IMG/VR virus record: IMGVR_UViG_3300016263_000241
Location: 1 to 56,269 of that record
Strand: one strand, 5' to 3'
Length of the DNA stretch: 56,269 nt
From: a virus
Lineage: Duplodnaviria; Caudoviricetes
This document shows, piece by piece, positions 17,767 to 26,964 of the stretch. A program made the position numbers and the translations under genes. The notes below the pieces were generated by a model that worked only from the letters and a program-made list of their open reading frames with translations, was not told the DNA's origin and did no database searches. Position 1 is the first letter of the stretch, and every line of letters begins with the position of its first letter.

Positions 17767-18359
17767 TGGAAGCGTTCGCTTATTTTCCGGCGCTCGTCTA
17801 TCGTGATGAGCGGCCGGACTTAGCTGAGGCTGTTTTATCTGACTGCGTGCAGCAGTTAAACGCAGTGAGAAATCCCGTTTACGGCTTGTGTCAGTCAAGC
17901 AACCTTCAGCACATTCCGGCATTTAGGCAGATATGCGATTATCTGCTTACCACATCTGTGGGCATTTTGCGCGAGCAGGGCTACGATACGAATAAATACG
18001 ATTTTTATCTTTCTGGCTTGTGGGCGCAAGAAATAGCAAATGGATCGGGTACAAACGTGCATCTGCACAAGAGCAGTCAAATATCAGGTTGGCTGTTCTT
18101 AGAAACGCCATCGTCTTGCGCTTATCCAATTTACTACGACACTCGCGCAAACAAGCCTATGATAGAGTTGGATTTTCAGCAGGGCGACGACATAACAAAT
18201 GCCACAAGCGCGGTGCACTTTGATAATCCGCACCCCGGCTCAGTGTTTTTTGCCAACTCTTGGATGCCGCATCAATTAACCGGCAGTCAGGCGGAAAGCC
18301 CGACGCGTTGCCTGCATTTTATTGTATCTCACAGGGAGCGGTTATGCAGCACCTGCTGA
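17766..18359 (+). CDS. 2OG-Fe(II) oxygenase (TIGR02466-like)
   Basis: HLH..ISGWLFL, SWMPHQ, distal R/F strand. Confidence 0.75.
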   Translation: MEAFAYFPALVYRDERPDLAEAVLSDCVQQLNAVRNPVYGLCQSSNLQHIPAFRQICDYLLTTSVGILREQGYDTNKYDFYLSGLWAQEIANGSGTNVHLHKSSQISGWLFLETPSSCAYPIYYDTRANKPMIELDFQQGDDITNATSAVHFDNPHPGSVFFANSWMPHQLTGSQAESPTRCLHFIVSHRERLCSTC

Positions 18360-18928
18360 CGCCATATTCTACGCGAATTGAGCCATTTGTTTGGTGGGAA
18401 GGCGCGTTTACGGAGGAGCAACTAAACTGGCTTCAACAAAAAGCTCAATCAGCTTCTCAGGAGGCGATTGTTGGTTTGGGAAACAATCAAATTGGTGTTG
18501 AGCCGAAAATTAGACGGTCAAACATTGCGTGGCTGCACAAAAACGATGAATGTGCGTGGGTTTTTGAGATCCTTGCAGACATAGTTTCAGACGTAAACGC
18601 GCGTTATTTTAGGTTTGATTTGACCGGCTTTGGGGAGCCATTGCAGCTCACTAATTACGAACAGGCTGTCCAAGGAATGTACGGGTGGCATCAGGATTAC
18701 AACACCAAGGTAAGCCGTAAACTTAGCTTAGTGGTGCAGTTAACTGATCCTTCGGAATACGAAGGCGGCAATCTCGAAATATGCACACAGGCGGAGCCTC
18801 ACGTTGTTCGCAAGCAGCGGGGGCTTGTTGCTTTGTTTCCGTCTTACGTTCTTCATCAAGTCACCCCTGTCGTAAAAGGAAGCCGCCAATCGTTAGTGGC
18901 ATGGGTGTCTGGGCCAGCGTTTCGATGA
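18344..18928 (+). CDS. 2OG-Fe(II) oxygenase (PKHD/prolyl-hydroxylase type)
   Basis: YGWHQD, RKLSLVVQL..YEGG, FPSYVLHQVTPV..RQSLVAW. Confidence 0.85.
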   Translation: MQHLLTPYSTRIEPFVWWEGAFTEEQLNWLQQKAQSASQEAIVGLGNNQIGVEPKIRRSNIAWLHKNDECAWVFEILADIVSDVNARYFRFDLTGFGEPLQLTNYEQAVQGMYGWHQDYNTKVSRKLSLVVQLTDPSEYEGGNLEICTQAEPHVVRKQRGLVALFPSYVLHQVTPVVKGSRQSLVAWVSGPAFR

Positions 18929-19521
18929 ACATTGAATGCACCGACTTCATTGGAATTTATCGGGATGTGTATCCCGAGGGCTACTGTGAGCATCTCATCG
19001 AGGAGTTTGAACGCTTAATTGGTAACGGAGCTGGTAGTGATCGGCGCGTAAGTGAAGGAGCTATTAAGCATCGCAAAGACGATCTTCAGCTTGGGTTGAA
19101 TTTCGGGGTTCACTCTGTGCGTAATTTCAATGAATTTAACACGACCCGAATGTTTTTCGACGGTCTACAGAAATGCTATGATGACTATTTGCAAAGGTTT
19201 TCTGTTCTATCTGATGGGGTAGTTAGAGGAACTGCAATGAAGCTCCAGCGGACTGATCCGGGGGGTGGTTATCATGTTTGGCATAGTGAGCAGGGTAATG
19301 GCGAACACGCGGATCGCGTTCTCGTATATATGCTTTATCTTAACACGCTTGGCGGAGAAGACGGGGGAGAAACCGAATTTTTATACCAACGCAAGCGTAT
19401 TGGACCTGAAGCCAACACCATGCTATTGTGGCCCGCAACATTTACCCACGCACATCGGGGTAATACGGTTCTTGGGCAGACGAGTAAGTATGTCGTAACC
19501 GGATGGTTTTACTACGAGTGA
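18925..19521 (+). CDS. 2OG-Fe(II) oxygenase (P4H-like)
   Basis: YHVWHSE, YLNT..GGETEF, WPATFTHAHRG..KYVVTGW. Confidence 0.85.
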   Translation: MNIECTDFIGIYRDVYPEGYCEHLIEEFERLIGNGAGSDRRVSEGAIKHRKDDLQLGLNFGVHSVRNFNEFNTTRMFFDGLQKCYDDYLQRFSVLSDGVVRGTAMKLQRTDPGGGYHVWHSEQGNGEHADRVLVYMLYLNTLGGEDGGETEFLYQRKRIGPEANTMLLWPATFTHAHRGNTVLGQTSKYVVTGWFYYE

Positions 19522-19528
19522 GGTTGAT

Positions 19529-20413
19529 ATGGCCATTGGCACTACCAAAGTAACCATGTTTGGCGGCGCTACGCTGACACCGGGCGGATCGCAAACATTT
19601 AACGCATCTGGCACTTGGACCGCGCCTTTGGGGATTAGTTCCGTAACGCTGGTCGGCAGAGGTGGTACGGGAAATCCGGGCTCTAGCGGAAATCCCGGCG
19701 TCCGAGGCGGTGGCGGCGGTGGTGGGGGCGGTGCGGGCCCTGCTGCGGGATATAATTCGCCTGTCTATCAAGGGCAGCCCGGAGGCCCTGCGTATCCCGG
19801 TGGTGGGGGCGGAAGCGCAGGGAGTGCAGGTGGCCCTCCTTTGTACAACACGCCCGGCAATCCGGGTAATCCGGGTGGCAGTGGCGGCCCCGGTTGTAGT
19901 GGAAATCCGGGATCTACCGGAAACCCCGGTCCAGCTTCTAACGCTATTTCTAAGTCTTTTCCCGGCGGCTCGGGAGGCAATGGCGGCTCTGGCGGCGGCG
20001 GAGGTAGCGGAGCTAGTGGCGGCGGCGGCGGCGGCGGAAGCTCTCAAAATGTTTGCGGAACTCCCGGATATGGCGGCGCTGGCTGCCCTTATGGCCCGAG
20101 CACTTATTCATGTTCTGGTGCGCCGGGTTCATGCGGCGCTACTGGTGGAACTAGCCCCTATTGCCCCGGCGGCCCCGGTTTCGGCGGCGGCGGAGGTGGC
20201 GGCGGAAAAGGCGGCGCTGGCGGCGGTGGATACGTAGGTAAAGGTGGCGGCGGAGGTGGCGGAGGCTACCCCGGCAGTGGGGGTAATTCCGGCGGCTCAG
20301 GTCAAGCGGCAAACCCGACAACCCACAATGCAGTCTCTGTAGTAGGCGGTACATCATATCCAATTAACGTCGCTTCTGGCGGTCAAGTAAACGTTTCGTG
20401 GAACCCACAATGA
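19529..20413 (+). CDS. Glycine-rich adhesin/tail-tip protein with collagen-like GNP runs
   Basis: Poly-Gly tracts, GNPGNPGGSGGPG, Cys/Tyr loops; TFNASGTWTAP N-domain. Confidence 0.75.
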   Translation: MAIGTTKVTMFGGATLTPGGSQTFNASGTWTAPLGISSVTLVGRGGTGNPGSSGNPGVRGGGGGGGGGAGPAAGYNSPVYQGQPGGPAYPGGGGGSAGSAGGPPLYNTPGNPGNPGGSGGPGCSGNPGSTGNPGPASNAISKSFPGGSGGNGGSGGGGGSGASGGGGGGGSSQNVCGTPGYGGAGCPYGPSTYSCSGAPGSCGATGGTSPYCPGGPGFGGGGGGGGKGGAGGGGYVGKGGGGGGGGYPGSGGNSGGSGQAANPTTHNAVSVVGGTSYPINVASGGQVNVSWNPQ

Positions 20414-20853
20414 GTAAAAAAGCTATTAGAGAGATGGATCGCCATAACGACGAAATGTCTGTTATGGCTTCCGCAGATAGGTTTAATCGTGCGCGCTCAA
20501 TTACAGTCGGCACTGCGATGAATGGCGCGATTGAGATGATGATGCGCGCAGACGGAAAGCACATCTGGGCTACGCTTAGTCCGGTAGAAGTGGTGGAGTT
20601 AATTCATCAAATGGCGGCCGGTATAGGGTGTCATATCCACATGCAGCCGCGCAATGATTTTGCAAGTTGGCGTAATTGGCGACATGCTGACGGACCTAAC
20701 GGGAATGGCTTTCCGCCATTCAATGTGGGATTTCCTGAGCTTCCGCAGCAGGAAGAGAAGCTTTCTATAGAGACGGAACCAAATGGCGAAACTTTGGCAA
20801 TTGAAGCGCCTAAGCAGCGGCGAAGAGTTAAGCGAGCCGCAGCTACTACCTGA
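20410..20853 (+). CDS. Hypothetical protein
   Basis: RARSITVGTAMNGAIE..PRNDFASWRNW. Confidence 0.7.
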   Translation: MSKKAIREMDRHNDEMSVMASADRFNRARSITVGTAMNGAIEMMMRADGKHIWATLSPVEVVELIHQMAAGIGCHIHMQPRNDFASWRNWRHADGPNGNGFPPFNVGFPELPQQEEKLSIETEPNGETLAIEAPKQRRRVKRAAATT

Positions 20854-21172
20854 AAACTGGGGGCCGGTCTTCGGTCTGGCGAACTTTGAGGATAGGCTTG
20901 GAGACTTGTCGTGGATCGGCCCTGAACACGCCGACACTGGGTGGTTTTATGTTGACGATGAACCGCCTCCACCCGAACCTGCAAGTCGAGAAGATTTGAT
21001 CCGCCAAGAGGCGTGGGATCGGTTACGCGAGTGCGATTATCGCGTTTTGCCAGACGAGCCTATTACTGCGGGTAGGCGAGCTGAATGGGTTGAATATCGT
21101 AGAGAGTTGCGGCGCATCCATCAGATGAAGTCTTTTTCAGAGGACTTCAAACTGCCAAAACCCCCTGAGTGA
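20783..21172 (+). CDS. Tail fibre assembly chaperone-like
   Basis: RLRECDYRVLPD..WVEYRRELR..PKPPE. Confidence 0.7.
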   Translation: MAKLWQLKRLSSGEELSEPQLLPENWGPVFGLANFEDRLGDLSWIGPEHADTGWFYVDDEPPPPEPASREDLIRQEAWDRLRECDYRVLPDEPITAGRRAEWVEYRRELRRIHQMKSFSEDFKLPKPPE

Positions 21173-21393
21173 GCCACTACCTCATCAGATTTAACAAGTC
21201 CGCAGGACAGCCGGGGCGGGGTTCGCACGAGCATGTCTGGCGTGTATTTGAGGACGGACGTGAGTATCTGGCGCGCCACGTTCGTATCCAAGTGCCAAGT
21301 TGGTCTGAGGCTGACGGCCCTGATTGGAACATCGCCTGCGACGGCCGGATGATCTTTTACTCAGACACTGACACCGCTGTTATCATAGCATGA
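21169..21393 (+). CDS. Hypothetical protein
   Basis: IRFNKSAGQPGRG..HVWRVFE. Confidence 0.7.
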   Translation: MSHYLIRFNKSAGQPGRGSHEHVWRVFEDGREYLARHVRIQVPSWSEADGPDWNIACDGRMIFYSDTDTAVIIA

Positions 21394-21451
21394 CACGCGC
21401 CTTTTTTGGTGCTATTAGATGCGGTGTTTCGCAACAAAGAGAGATTGCGCC

Positions 21452-21832
21452 ATGATCGAACAGCTCATCAGCCGGGTCTTCTACGCCCGTAACCTTGCGC
21501 ACTTTGAGCATTGGCGCGTTTCCGACGCAGACGAAGAGTATGGACGCGGCAGCTACGCAAAGCACGTGGCGCTGGGCGCGTTCTACGACGATGTGATTGA
21601 CGCTCTGGATAGCCTCGTGGAGGCCTATCAGGGCGCGTTTAAGCTTATTGGGGCAATCCCAGCCCCAGAAAGTACCCCCAGCGATGCCTTAAAGGCGCTG
21701 GAGGCAGATGCTAAATGGATCGAGGAGCACCATGAAGACATCTGTCAGGGCAATCGGGCTGTCGCTAACCTGATTGATACCCTGACGGGTGTTTACCTGT
21801 CGGCCATCTACAAGTTGAGGAACTTGAAATGA
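21452..21832 (+). CDS. Ferritin/Dps-like four-helix protein (DUF5856-like)
   Basis: AHFEHW, SYAKHVALGAFYD..D.LVEAYQG, YKLRNL. Confidence 0.7.
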   Translation: MIEQLISRVFYARNLAHFEHWRVSDADEEYGRGSYAKHVALGAFYDDVIDALDSLVEAYQGAFKLIGAIPAPESTPSDALKALEADAKWIEEHHEDICQGNRAVANLIDTLTGVYLSAIYKLRNLK

Positions 21833-21844
21833 TGGAGGGTATTG

Positions 21845-22006
21845 GTGGCCTCGTTAAAAGAGCTGGATAACCGACTAACTGCCGTAGAGATCAAAGAGGC
21901 TGAGCACTGGAAAGAGGCCATCATCCGCATCAAGCGGCTGGAGGCTATCCTGATCGCGTGCTCTGGGGGCATTATCGCCCTGCTCGTCAACTATTTGGCT
22001 AAGTGA
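21845..22006 (+). CDS. Small coiled-coil protein with C-terminal TM helix (holin/XhlA-like)
   Basis: GGAGGG RBS, GTG start; RIKRLEAILIACSGGIIALLV; not in ORF track. Confidence 0.6.
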   Translation: MASLKELDNRLTAVEIKEAEHWKEAIIRIKRLEAILIACSGGIIALLVNYLAK

Positions 22007-22007
22007 C

Positions 22008-23000
22008 ATGGTTAATAAACGCTATCTCGCACTTGTCGCTGTGGGCTGGTCGAGCCTTGTGCTCGCTCAAACCACGAACTATGTCTATGACACCACCACC
22101 AACAGCACAGCGACCAGCACAAACACCAACGTCAACACGTCGACCAGCACGGCGACAAACAACAATAATAATGTGAATACCTCGACCAGCACGTCGGTTA
22201 ACACGAACAACAACATCCAGTCTGGAACAGCGACGAACATCAATCAGAACACGTCCACATCGACCGCGACGAACAACAATTTCAACACGGACATTTCGAC
22301 CAGCACCATTAATCAGTCGATAAACAGCACATCGACCAGTACGATTAATAGTACCAACCTCAACACCAATCGTAACTTCAATGACAGCACGTCGTCTTCG
22401 ACGAGCGTCAACACGAACCGCAATTTCAACGATAGCACGTCGACCAGCTCGTCCACATCGACAAACCTGAACACCAACGTGTCGACCAGCGAGAGCACCA
22501 ACCTTAACACGAACATCAACGACAGCCGCTCGGTCAACACGAACGTAAACCAGAGCACGTCGGCCAGCACGTCCGAAAGCACGAACGTCAACAAGAACAC
22601 GAACGTCTCGGACAGCAAGAGTTATAGTGAGAGCAACTCAAACCAGAGCGTGACGCAGAAAATCACCTCTCCGCCACCCTCAGCCATCGCTCCGAGCATG
22701 ATGAGCTACAGCCAAGACCTTTGCACCACAGGCGTCTCTGGAGCCGTCCAAACGCAAATACTCGGCATCTCTGGCGGCAAGACCATCCGCGACAAGAACT
22801 GCGAGGCGCTGAAGCTCTCCAAGACGTTGTACGACATGGGCATGCGCGTGGCTGCTGTGTCTCTGCTTTGTCAGGATGACCGCGTATTTAACGCGATGAA
22901 GATGGCCGGGACACCGTGTCCGTTCGAGGGCAAGATCGGCAAGGAGGCCTCTGCGGCATGGGACGAAAAAGAAAAGTCCAAGCCCTCCTCGCGGCGCTGA
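22008..23000 (+). CDS. Exported Asn/Thr/Ser-rich repeat protein with Cys-containing C-terminal domain
   Basis: Signal peptide ..LVLA-Q; about 190 aa of N/T/S repeats; PPPSAIAP..DLC..NCE..LLCQ..TPCP. Confidence 0.8.
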   Translation: MVNKRYLALVAVGWSSLVLAQTTNYVYDTTTNSTATSTNTNVNTSTSTATNNNNNVNTSTSTSVNTNNNIQSGTATNINQNTSTSTATNNNFNTDISTSTINQSINSTSTSTINSTNLNTNRNFNDSTSSSTSVNTNRNFNDSTSTSSSTSTNLNTNVSTSESTNLNTNINDSRSVNTNVNQSTSASTSESTNVNKNTNVSDSKSYSESNSNQSVTQKITSPPPSAIAPSMMSYSQDLCTTGVSGAVQTQILGISGGKTIRDKNCEALKLSKTLYDMGMRVAAVSLLCQDDRVFNAMKMAGTPCPFEGKIGKEASAAWDEKEKSKPSSRR

Positions 23001-24457
23001 TCGCCACGCCACTGTCGGCGCAGGACAACCTGCTCGTTAACGGTGGCTTTCAGCAGGGCCTTGCGGGTTGGTCGGAAAGCGGCCCCGGCGGCGTTTATGA
23101 CGGCTGCGGCCCGGCCGGTGGGTATTGTTATGTCTTCTCATACGCTACTGGCGTAGTGCAGCAGACCGTGACAACGCAGGCCAATTATACCGGTTTTATC
23201 GTTGGGTTCGAGTATCGCCTGCCCTGCAATAACAGCATCGGCGGGTACTGCACGAACCCTAACGGGCCGCAGGATTGGCTGACGGCAAACCTTAATCTGT
23301 ATCTTGGCGGCGAGCCTGTGCAGTCGGTTCCGCTGTTAAGCGTGCAGGCGTATCAGCCCAACTATTCTGTTTTCTCTCTGTCTGGCACTGCGTCGGCCTT
23401 CGACACGGCGACCATAACCTTCACTGGACAGGACGTTGGCTTCTGGGCTGGGCCGTATGGGCCGCAGATCGACCGCGTCAGTCTGTCGTTTGAGAACGCA
23501 GCACCATTGCCGCAAGAGCCCGCTGTGCCGGTGCCCGACGCAGTTAATCCAGCGCCTGATGTCGCGCCTGATCCTACCGAAGAGGTGACGCAAAGCGAGC
23601 CTGTGCAAGAGATGGCAGTCGAAGAGGCCGTGCAGGAAGAGGTTGTTGTCGCTGAGACGCAGGAAGAAGAGGTCGTTTCTGACGATGTTGTCGTGCAGGA
23701 AGAGGTCGACGAGAACCAAGCAGAAGACGCGAACGACGAGCCGTTAAGCCCTGATCAACTTGCGGCGCTGGCTGCTGGAGATGCACCGGGCGCGCCAACT
23801 GATGCAGAAGTGGCCGAGGCCGTTGACGCCGTAGGGGAACAGGCCGCTGAAGCGGCGCGTGCGGAGCAGTCAGGGCCGGATCAGACCGCCGCCATTACGG
23901 TTGAAACACGCCGAGATCGCAACGTAGAGTTTTTCCAGCGCGAGGCGGTCGAAGAGGCTGACCTGTTCCCGCGCGAGACCGTCCTGCAAGCCAGCCTGCA
24001 AAGCGTGGCATTCGTGGCGCAGGCTGATGCGCAGTACGCCGCGCAATATGGAGAGCAAACCACGACTGAGACGGTCGGCGTGACCTATACGATCCAGCCA
24101 ACTGAGGGTCCGACGTTCGCGCCTGTGATCACGACTGTCATCGGCAGCGACACGACCACGCCGTCTGGGCAGGCGCAGCAGCTTGAATTACTGGGAATGC
24201 AGGGGGAGCTTGCATCTGGAGAGCCCAAGGACATCGGGGACGTAAACACCCAAGACGGTGAGACTATGGCGCAGCTTGCGGCTGTGCCTGCCGGGTACAG
24301 TGCCTACACGCAGGCGCGCATCCCTGATCTGCCGTTCTATCAACCCAAAGACATCTACAAAGGCCGTCGCATACCAGACGCCAATTTGGCCCTATACCGC
24401 ATGATGCAGGGGCAGGATCAGCGCTGGAATGAAATGGTGGAGGACCAATATGAATGA
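22958..24457 (+). CDS. Exported protein: CBM-like jelly-roll, acidic linker and C-terminal domain
   Basis: Signal peptide ..PLSA-Q; NLLVNGGF..GW; GFWAGPYGPQID; FYQPKDIY. Confidence 0.75.
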   Translation: MGRKRKVQALLAALIATPLSAQDNLLVNGGFQQGLAGWSESGPGGVYDGCGPAGGYCYVFSYATGVVQQTVTTQANYTGFIVGFEYRLPCNNSIGGYCTNPNGPQDWLTANLNLYLGGEPVQSVPLLSVQAYQPNYSVFSLSGTASAFDTATITFTGQDVGFWAGPYGPQIDRVSLSFENAAPLPQEPAVPVPDAVNPAPDVAPDPTEEVTQSEPVQEMAVEEAVQEEVVVAETQEEEVVSDDVVVQEEVDENQAEDANDEPLSPDQLAALAAGDAPGAPTDAEVAEAVDAVGEQAAEAARAEQSGPDQTAAITVETRRDRNVEFFQREAVEEADLFPRETVLQASLQSVAFVAQADAQYAAQYGEQTTTETVGVTYTIQPTEGPTFAPVITTVIGSDTTTPSGQAQQLELLGMQGELASGEPKDIGDVNTQDGETMAQLAAVPAGYSAYTQARIPDLPFYQPKDIYKGRRIPDANLALYRMMQGQDQRWNEMVEDQYE

Positions 24458-24965
24458 CGAAGAAAAAACTGAAGGGACTTCAGTTGAGATTGGTGGCATC
24501 AAGTTTACTGGCGGTAAGCTTTTTGTTGTTTTCACTGCTCTCTCTACTGCTGCTGGCTCGCTCTGGGCCGGTTTCGAGGTTTATCAGCAGTTTCTCAATA
24601 TGAAGGAGGTCACTGCGACCTACGCATCTATGGGCGACGAGTTTGCTCAAATGAAAGAACAGCAGGCCAGCAACGAGCGCATGATCCGCATGAACTTGGA
24701 GACCACCAAGTACCTGTCGGACAACCTTGCATCGCTATCCTCGAGCCTTGGTAGCAGCGTGATGAGCGCTCGCCAGACGGTCGATGCCGTGACCGCTCGG
24801 ACCCAAGTGTCAGAGAGGGAGACATTGCAATCTCAACGTGCTATTATACAAGAGCTTCGCGCTCAGGACATTGAGCAGCAGCGCCGGGTTAAAGAATTGG
24901 AAGCGCAGGTGAACGACAAGATCACCAAGACGCTGGCCAACCCGCTGGCCGAAAGGGACAATTGA
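24450..24965 (+). CDS. Single-TM coiled-coil protein (i-spanin-like topology)
   Basis: EIGGIKFTGGK, TM helix, coiled coil ending LANPLA. Confidence 0.7.
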   Translation: MNDEEKTEGTSVEIGGIKFTGGKLFVVFTALSTAAGSLWAGFEVYQQFLNMKEVTATYASMGDEFAQMKEQQASNERMIRMNLETTKYLSDNLASLSSSLGSSVMSARQTVDAVTARTQVSERETLQSQRAIIQELRAQDIEQQRRVKELEAQVNDKITKTLANPLAERDN

Positions 24966-25486
24966 TGAGCTTCTGGGATCGCTTTGAGAGTAAGCAAGAG
25001 GGCATCGAGGACACAATCGAGTTCACGATCCGCATGGCTGTCGTCACGCTGGCGATGGTCATCCTTGTTGTGGTGGCGGCAATGGTCGCTGGTATGTTCG
25101 TGTCGAACGACATTGTGGACAGCGAGAAGGTCTTCGAGATCATCGGTCCCGCGTTCAACACAATTGTGGGGGCCTTTGTGGGCTTGCTGGGCGGCTTGAG
25201 CCTGAATGCCAACGCTCGTGACGCAAAGCCTGAAGAGCCTGTTGAGCCAGCCCCTGTTGATGACAGCCCAGTAGCACCTACACCCGTTGCTGCTAACGAA
25301 ACCTTCTTTTCTAACACCAAAGAAGAGCCTGTCGAGTTGACCGAAGCTGTCGATGACGACGACGATGATGACCTCGCCCCGTGGGAGAAATATCGGAACG
25401 ACCTGCGGTATGACTTGAACGGCGACGGCGTGGTTGATGAAAACGATTTTCCGGCATGGCGCGATAACCTGAGAGGTCCACAATGA
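24965..25486 (+). CDS. Two-TM membrane protein with acidic tail and EF-hand/dockerin-like loop (holin candidate)
   Basis: Two TM helices, PAFNTIVGAFVGLLGG, DLNGDGVVDENDF; directly upstream of endolysin. Confidence 0.7.
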   Translation: MSFWDRFESKQEGIEDTIEFTIRMAVVTLAMVILVVVAAMVAGMFVSNDIVDSEKVFEIIGPAFNTIVGAFVGLLGGLSLNANARDAKPEEPVEPAPVDDSPVAPTPVAANETFFSNTKEEPVELTEAVDDDDDDDLAPWEKYRNDLRYDLNGDGVVDENDFPAWRDNLRGPQ

Positions 25487-26094
25487 GCCTTGTAAACCTT
25501 CAGCAGAAGATCGGAGTAACGGCAGATGGTGCGTTTGGTCCGGGCACGCTTAAAGCGGCTGCCGCTTTTTATAAGCTATCACCTAATCGCGCTGCGCATT
25601 TCTTTGCTCAAACTGCGCATGAAAGCGGGAACTTTAAAACGTTCTCCGAGAACCTAAACTACTCTGCCAAGGGCCTTCGCGGCATCTTCGGCAAGTACTT
25701 CCCGACCGACGCCATGGCCCGCGCGTACGAGCGCCAGCCGCAGAAAATAGCCAACCGCGTTTATGCCAATCGCATGGGCAATGGTGACGAAGCGTCAGGC
25801 GAGGGTTGGCTTTTTCGGGGCAGGGGTGCCCTCCAACTCACGGGCAAGGCGAATTTCAAAGCGTTCTCCGATTACATCAATCGCCCCGATGTGATGACCA
25901 ACCCTGATCTGGTGGCTGGCGAACTCTGCTTTGAAAGCGCCCTGTGGTTCTTCGACAAGAACAAGCTGTGGGGCATCTGCGATCAGGGCATTAACGACGC
26001 TGCCATTTTGGCTCTAACAAGGCGCATTAATGGCGGCACCCATGGTCTTGATGACCGCAAAGCAAAGACCAAGAAGTACGCGACTTGGCTCTAA
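25483..26094 (+). CDS. Endolysin, glycoside hydrolase family 19, with N-terminal PG-binding motif
   Basis: ADGAFGPGT; FAQTAHESG..ENLNYS; RGRGALQLTG; TRRINGG..GLDDR. Confidence 0.9.
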   Translation: MSLVNLQQKIGVTADGAFGPGTLKAAAAFYKLSPNRAAHFFAQTAHESGNFKTFSENLNYSAKGLRGIFGKYFPTDAMARAYERQPQKIANRVYANRMGNGDEASGEGWLFRGRGALQLTGKANFKAFSDYINRPDVMTNPDLVAGELCFESALWFFDKNKLWGICDQGINDAAILALTRRINGGTHGLDDRKAKTKKYATWL

Positions 26095-26104
26095 GGAGAT
26101 CGAC

Positions 26105-26272
26105 ATGAAGATCAAGAACCTCATCAAAGACGTTGTTGCCAAGCAGGCGACTAAGTCTGTCATTGGCAAGACGCTGCCGATTGGTGCTGCGAAGGGCCTA
26201 TCGAAGGGTAAAATGACCTTTGGCGCTCTCGTGGTTGCGATTGCTGCTTTGGTATTTGAGTATCTCTCCTGA
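26105..26272 (+). CDS. Small basic protein with C-terminal TM helix (lysis accessory)
   Basis: AAGGAG RBS; FGALVVAIAALVFEYLS. Confidence 0.6.
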   Translation: MKIKNLIKDVVAKQATKSVIGKTLPIGAAKGLSKGKMTFGALVVAIAALVFEYLS

Positions 26273-26310
26273 CCGTGGCTTTTTGCCATAAAATGCTGTA
26301 GGACACGCCG

Positions 26311-26964
26311 ATGGCACAGACGATGACGTTCACGACGCTCCAAGAGGACATCCGGCGCTATCTGGAGCGCGGTGCCACTTATGCGTCCGACCCTGTTGTT
26401 TACGAGCAGATCCCGCGCCTGATTAACCTTGCAGAGCGGCGCATTTCGCGTGAACTCAAGATCCAAGGTTTCATCAACGTTGTGACCGGCACCCTGACTG
26501 TCGGTCAGTCTGTATATAGCAAGCCTGATCGCTGGCGTGACACGGTGTCGATCAACATCGGCACTGGCAACCAGAACAACACCCGCAAGGTGCTTTTCAG
26601 CCGCGCCTACGAGTATCTCTTGAGCTATTGGCCTGACCGCACGGCAACCGACCAGCCAATCTTCTACAGCGATTATGACTATGATCACTGGCTGATCGCG
26701 CCGACGCCGGACGAAGAATATCCGTTCGAGATCCTGTATTACGAACTGCCGCCGCTGCTTGACGATGTGGTCCAGACCAACTGGCTCACCGAATATGCGC
26801 CGCAGCTTCTGCTTTATGGCTCGCTGCTCGAGGCAACGCCGTTCCTCAAGAATGATGAGCGCATCAACGTCTGGCAGCAGATGTACGACCGCGCAGCCGC
26901 AATGCTCAATGGCGAGGATCTCGCCAAGATACTCGACCGCTCTGCGGTTCGTAAGGAGGCCTAA
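26311..26964 (+). CDS. Tail adaptor (tail tubular A/gp4-like)
   Basis: INLAERRISREL, IAPTPD..Y, TNWL..APQLLLYGSLLEA. Confidence 0.75.
   Translation: MAQTMTFTTLQEDIRRYLERGATYASDPVVYEQIPRLINLAERRISRELKIQGFINVVTGTLTVGQSVYSKPDRWRDTVSINIGTGNQNNTRKVLFSRAYEYLLSYWPDRTATDQPIFYSDYDYDHWLIAPTPDEEYPFEILYYELPPLLDDVVQTNWLTEYAPQLLLYGSLLEATPFLKNDERINVWQQMYDRAAAMLNGEDLAKILDRSAVRKEA

Noticed and set aside
19662-20237. Ala/Val-rich alternative-frame ORF over the Gly-rich gene
   Set aside because: Expected by-product of GGC repeats
22070-22670. Repetitive DNA as a possible CRISPR array
   Set aside because: Degenerate coding repeats with no constant repeat/unique spacer pattern and no cas genes
25483-26094. Chitinase as an auxiliary metabolic gene
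   Set aside because: GH19 with a PG-binding motif beside TM genes is a standard endolysin
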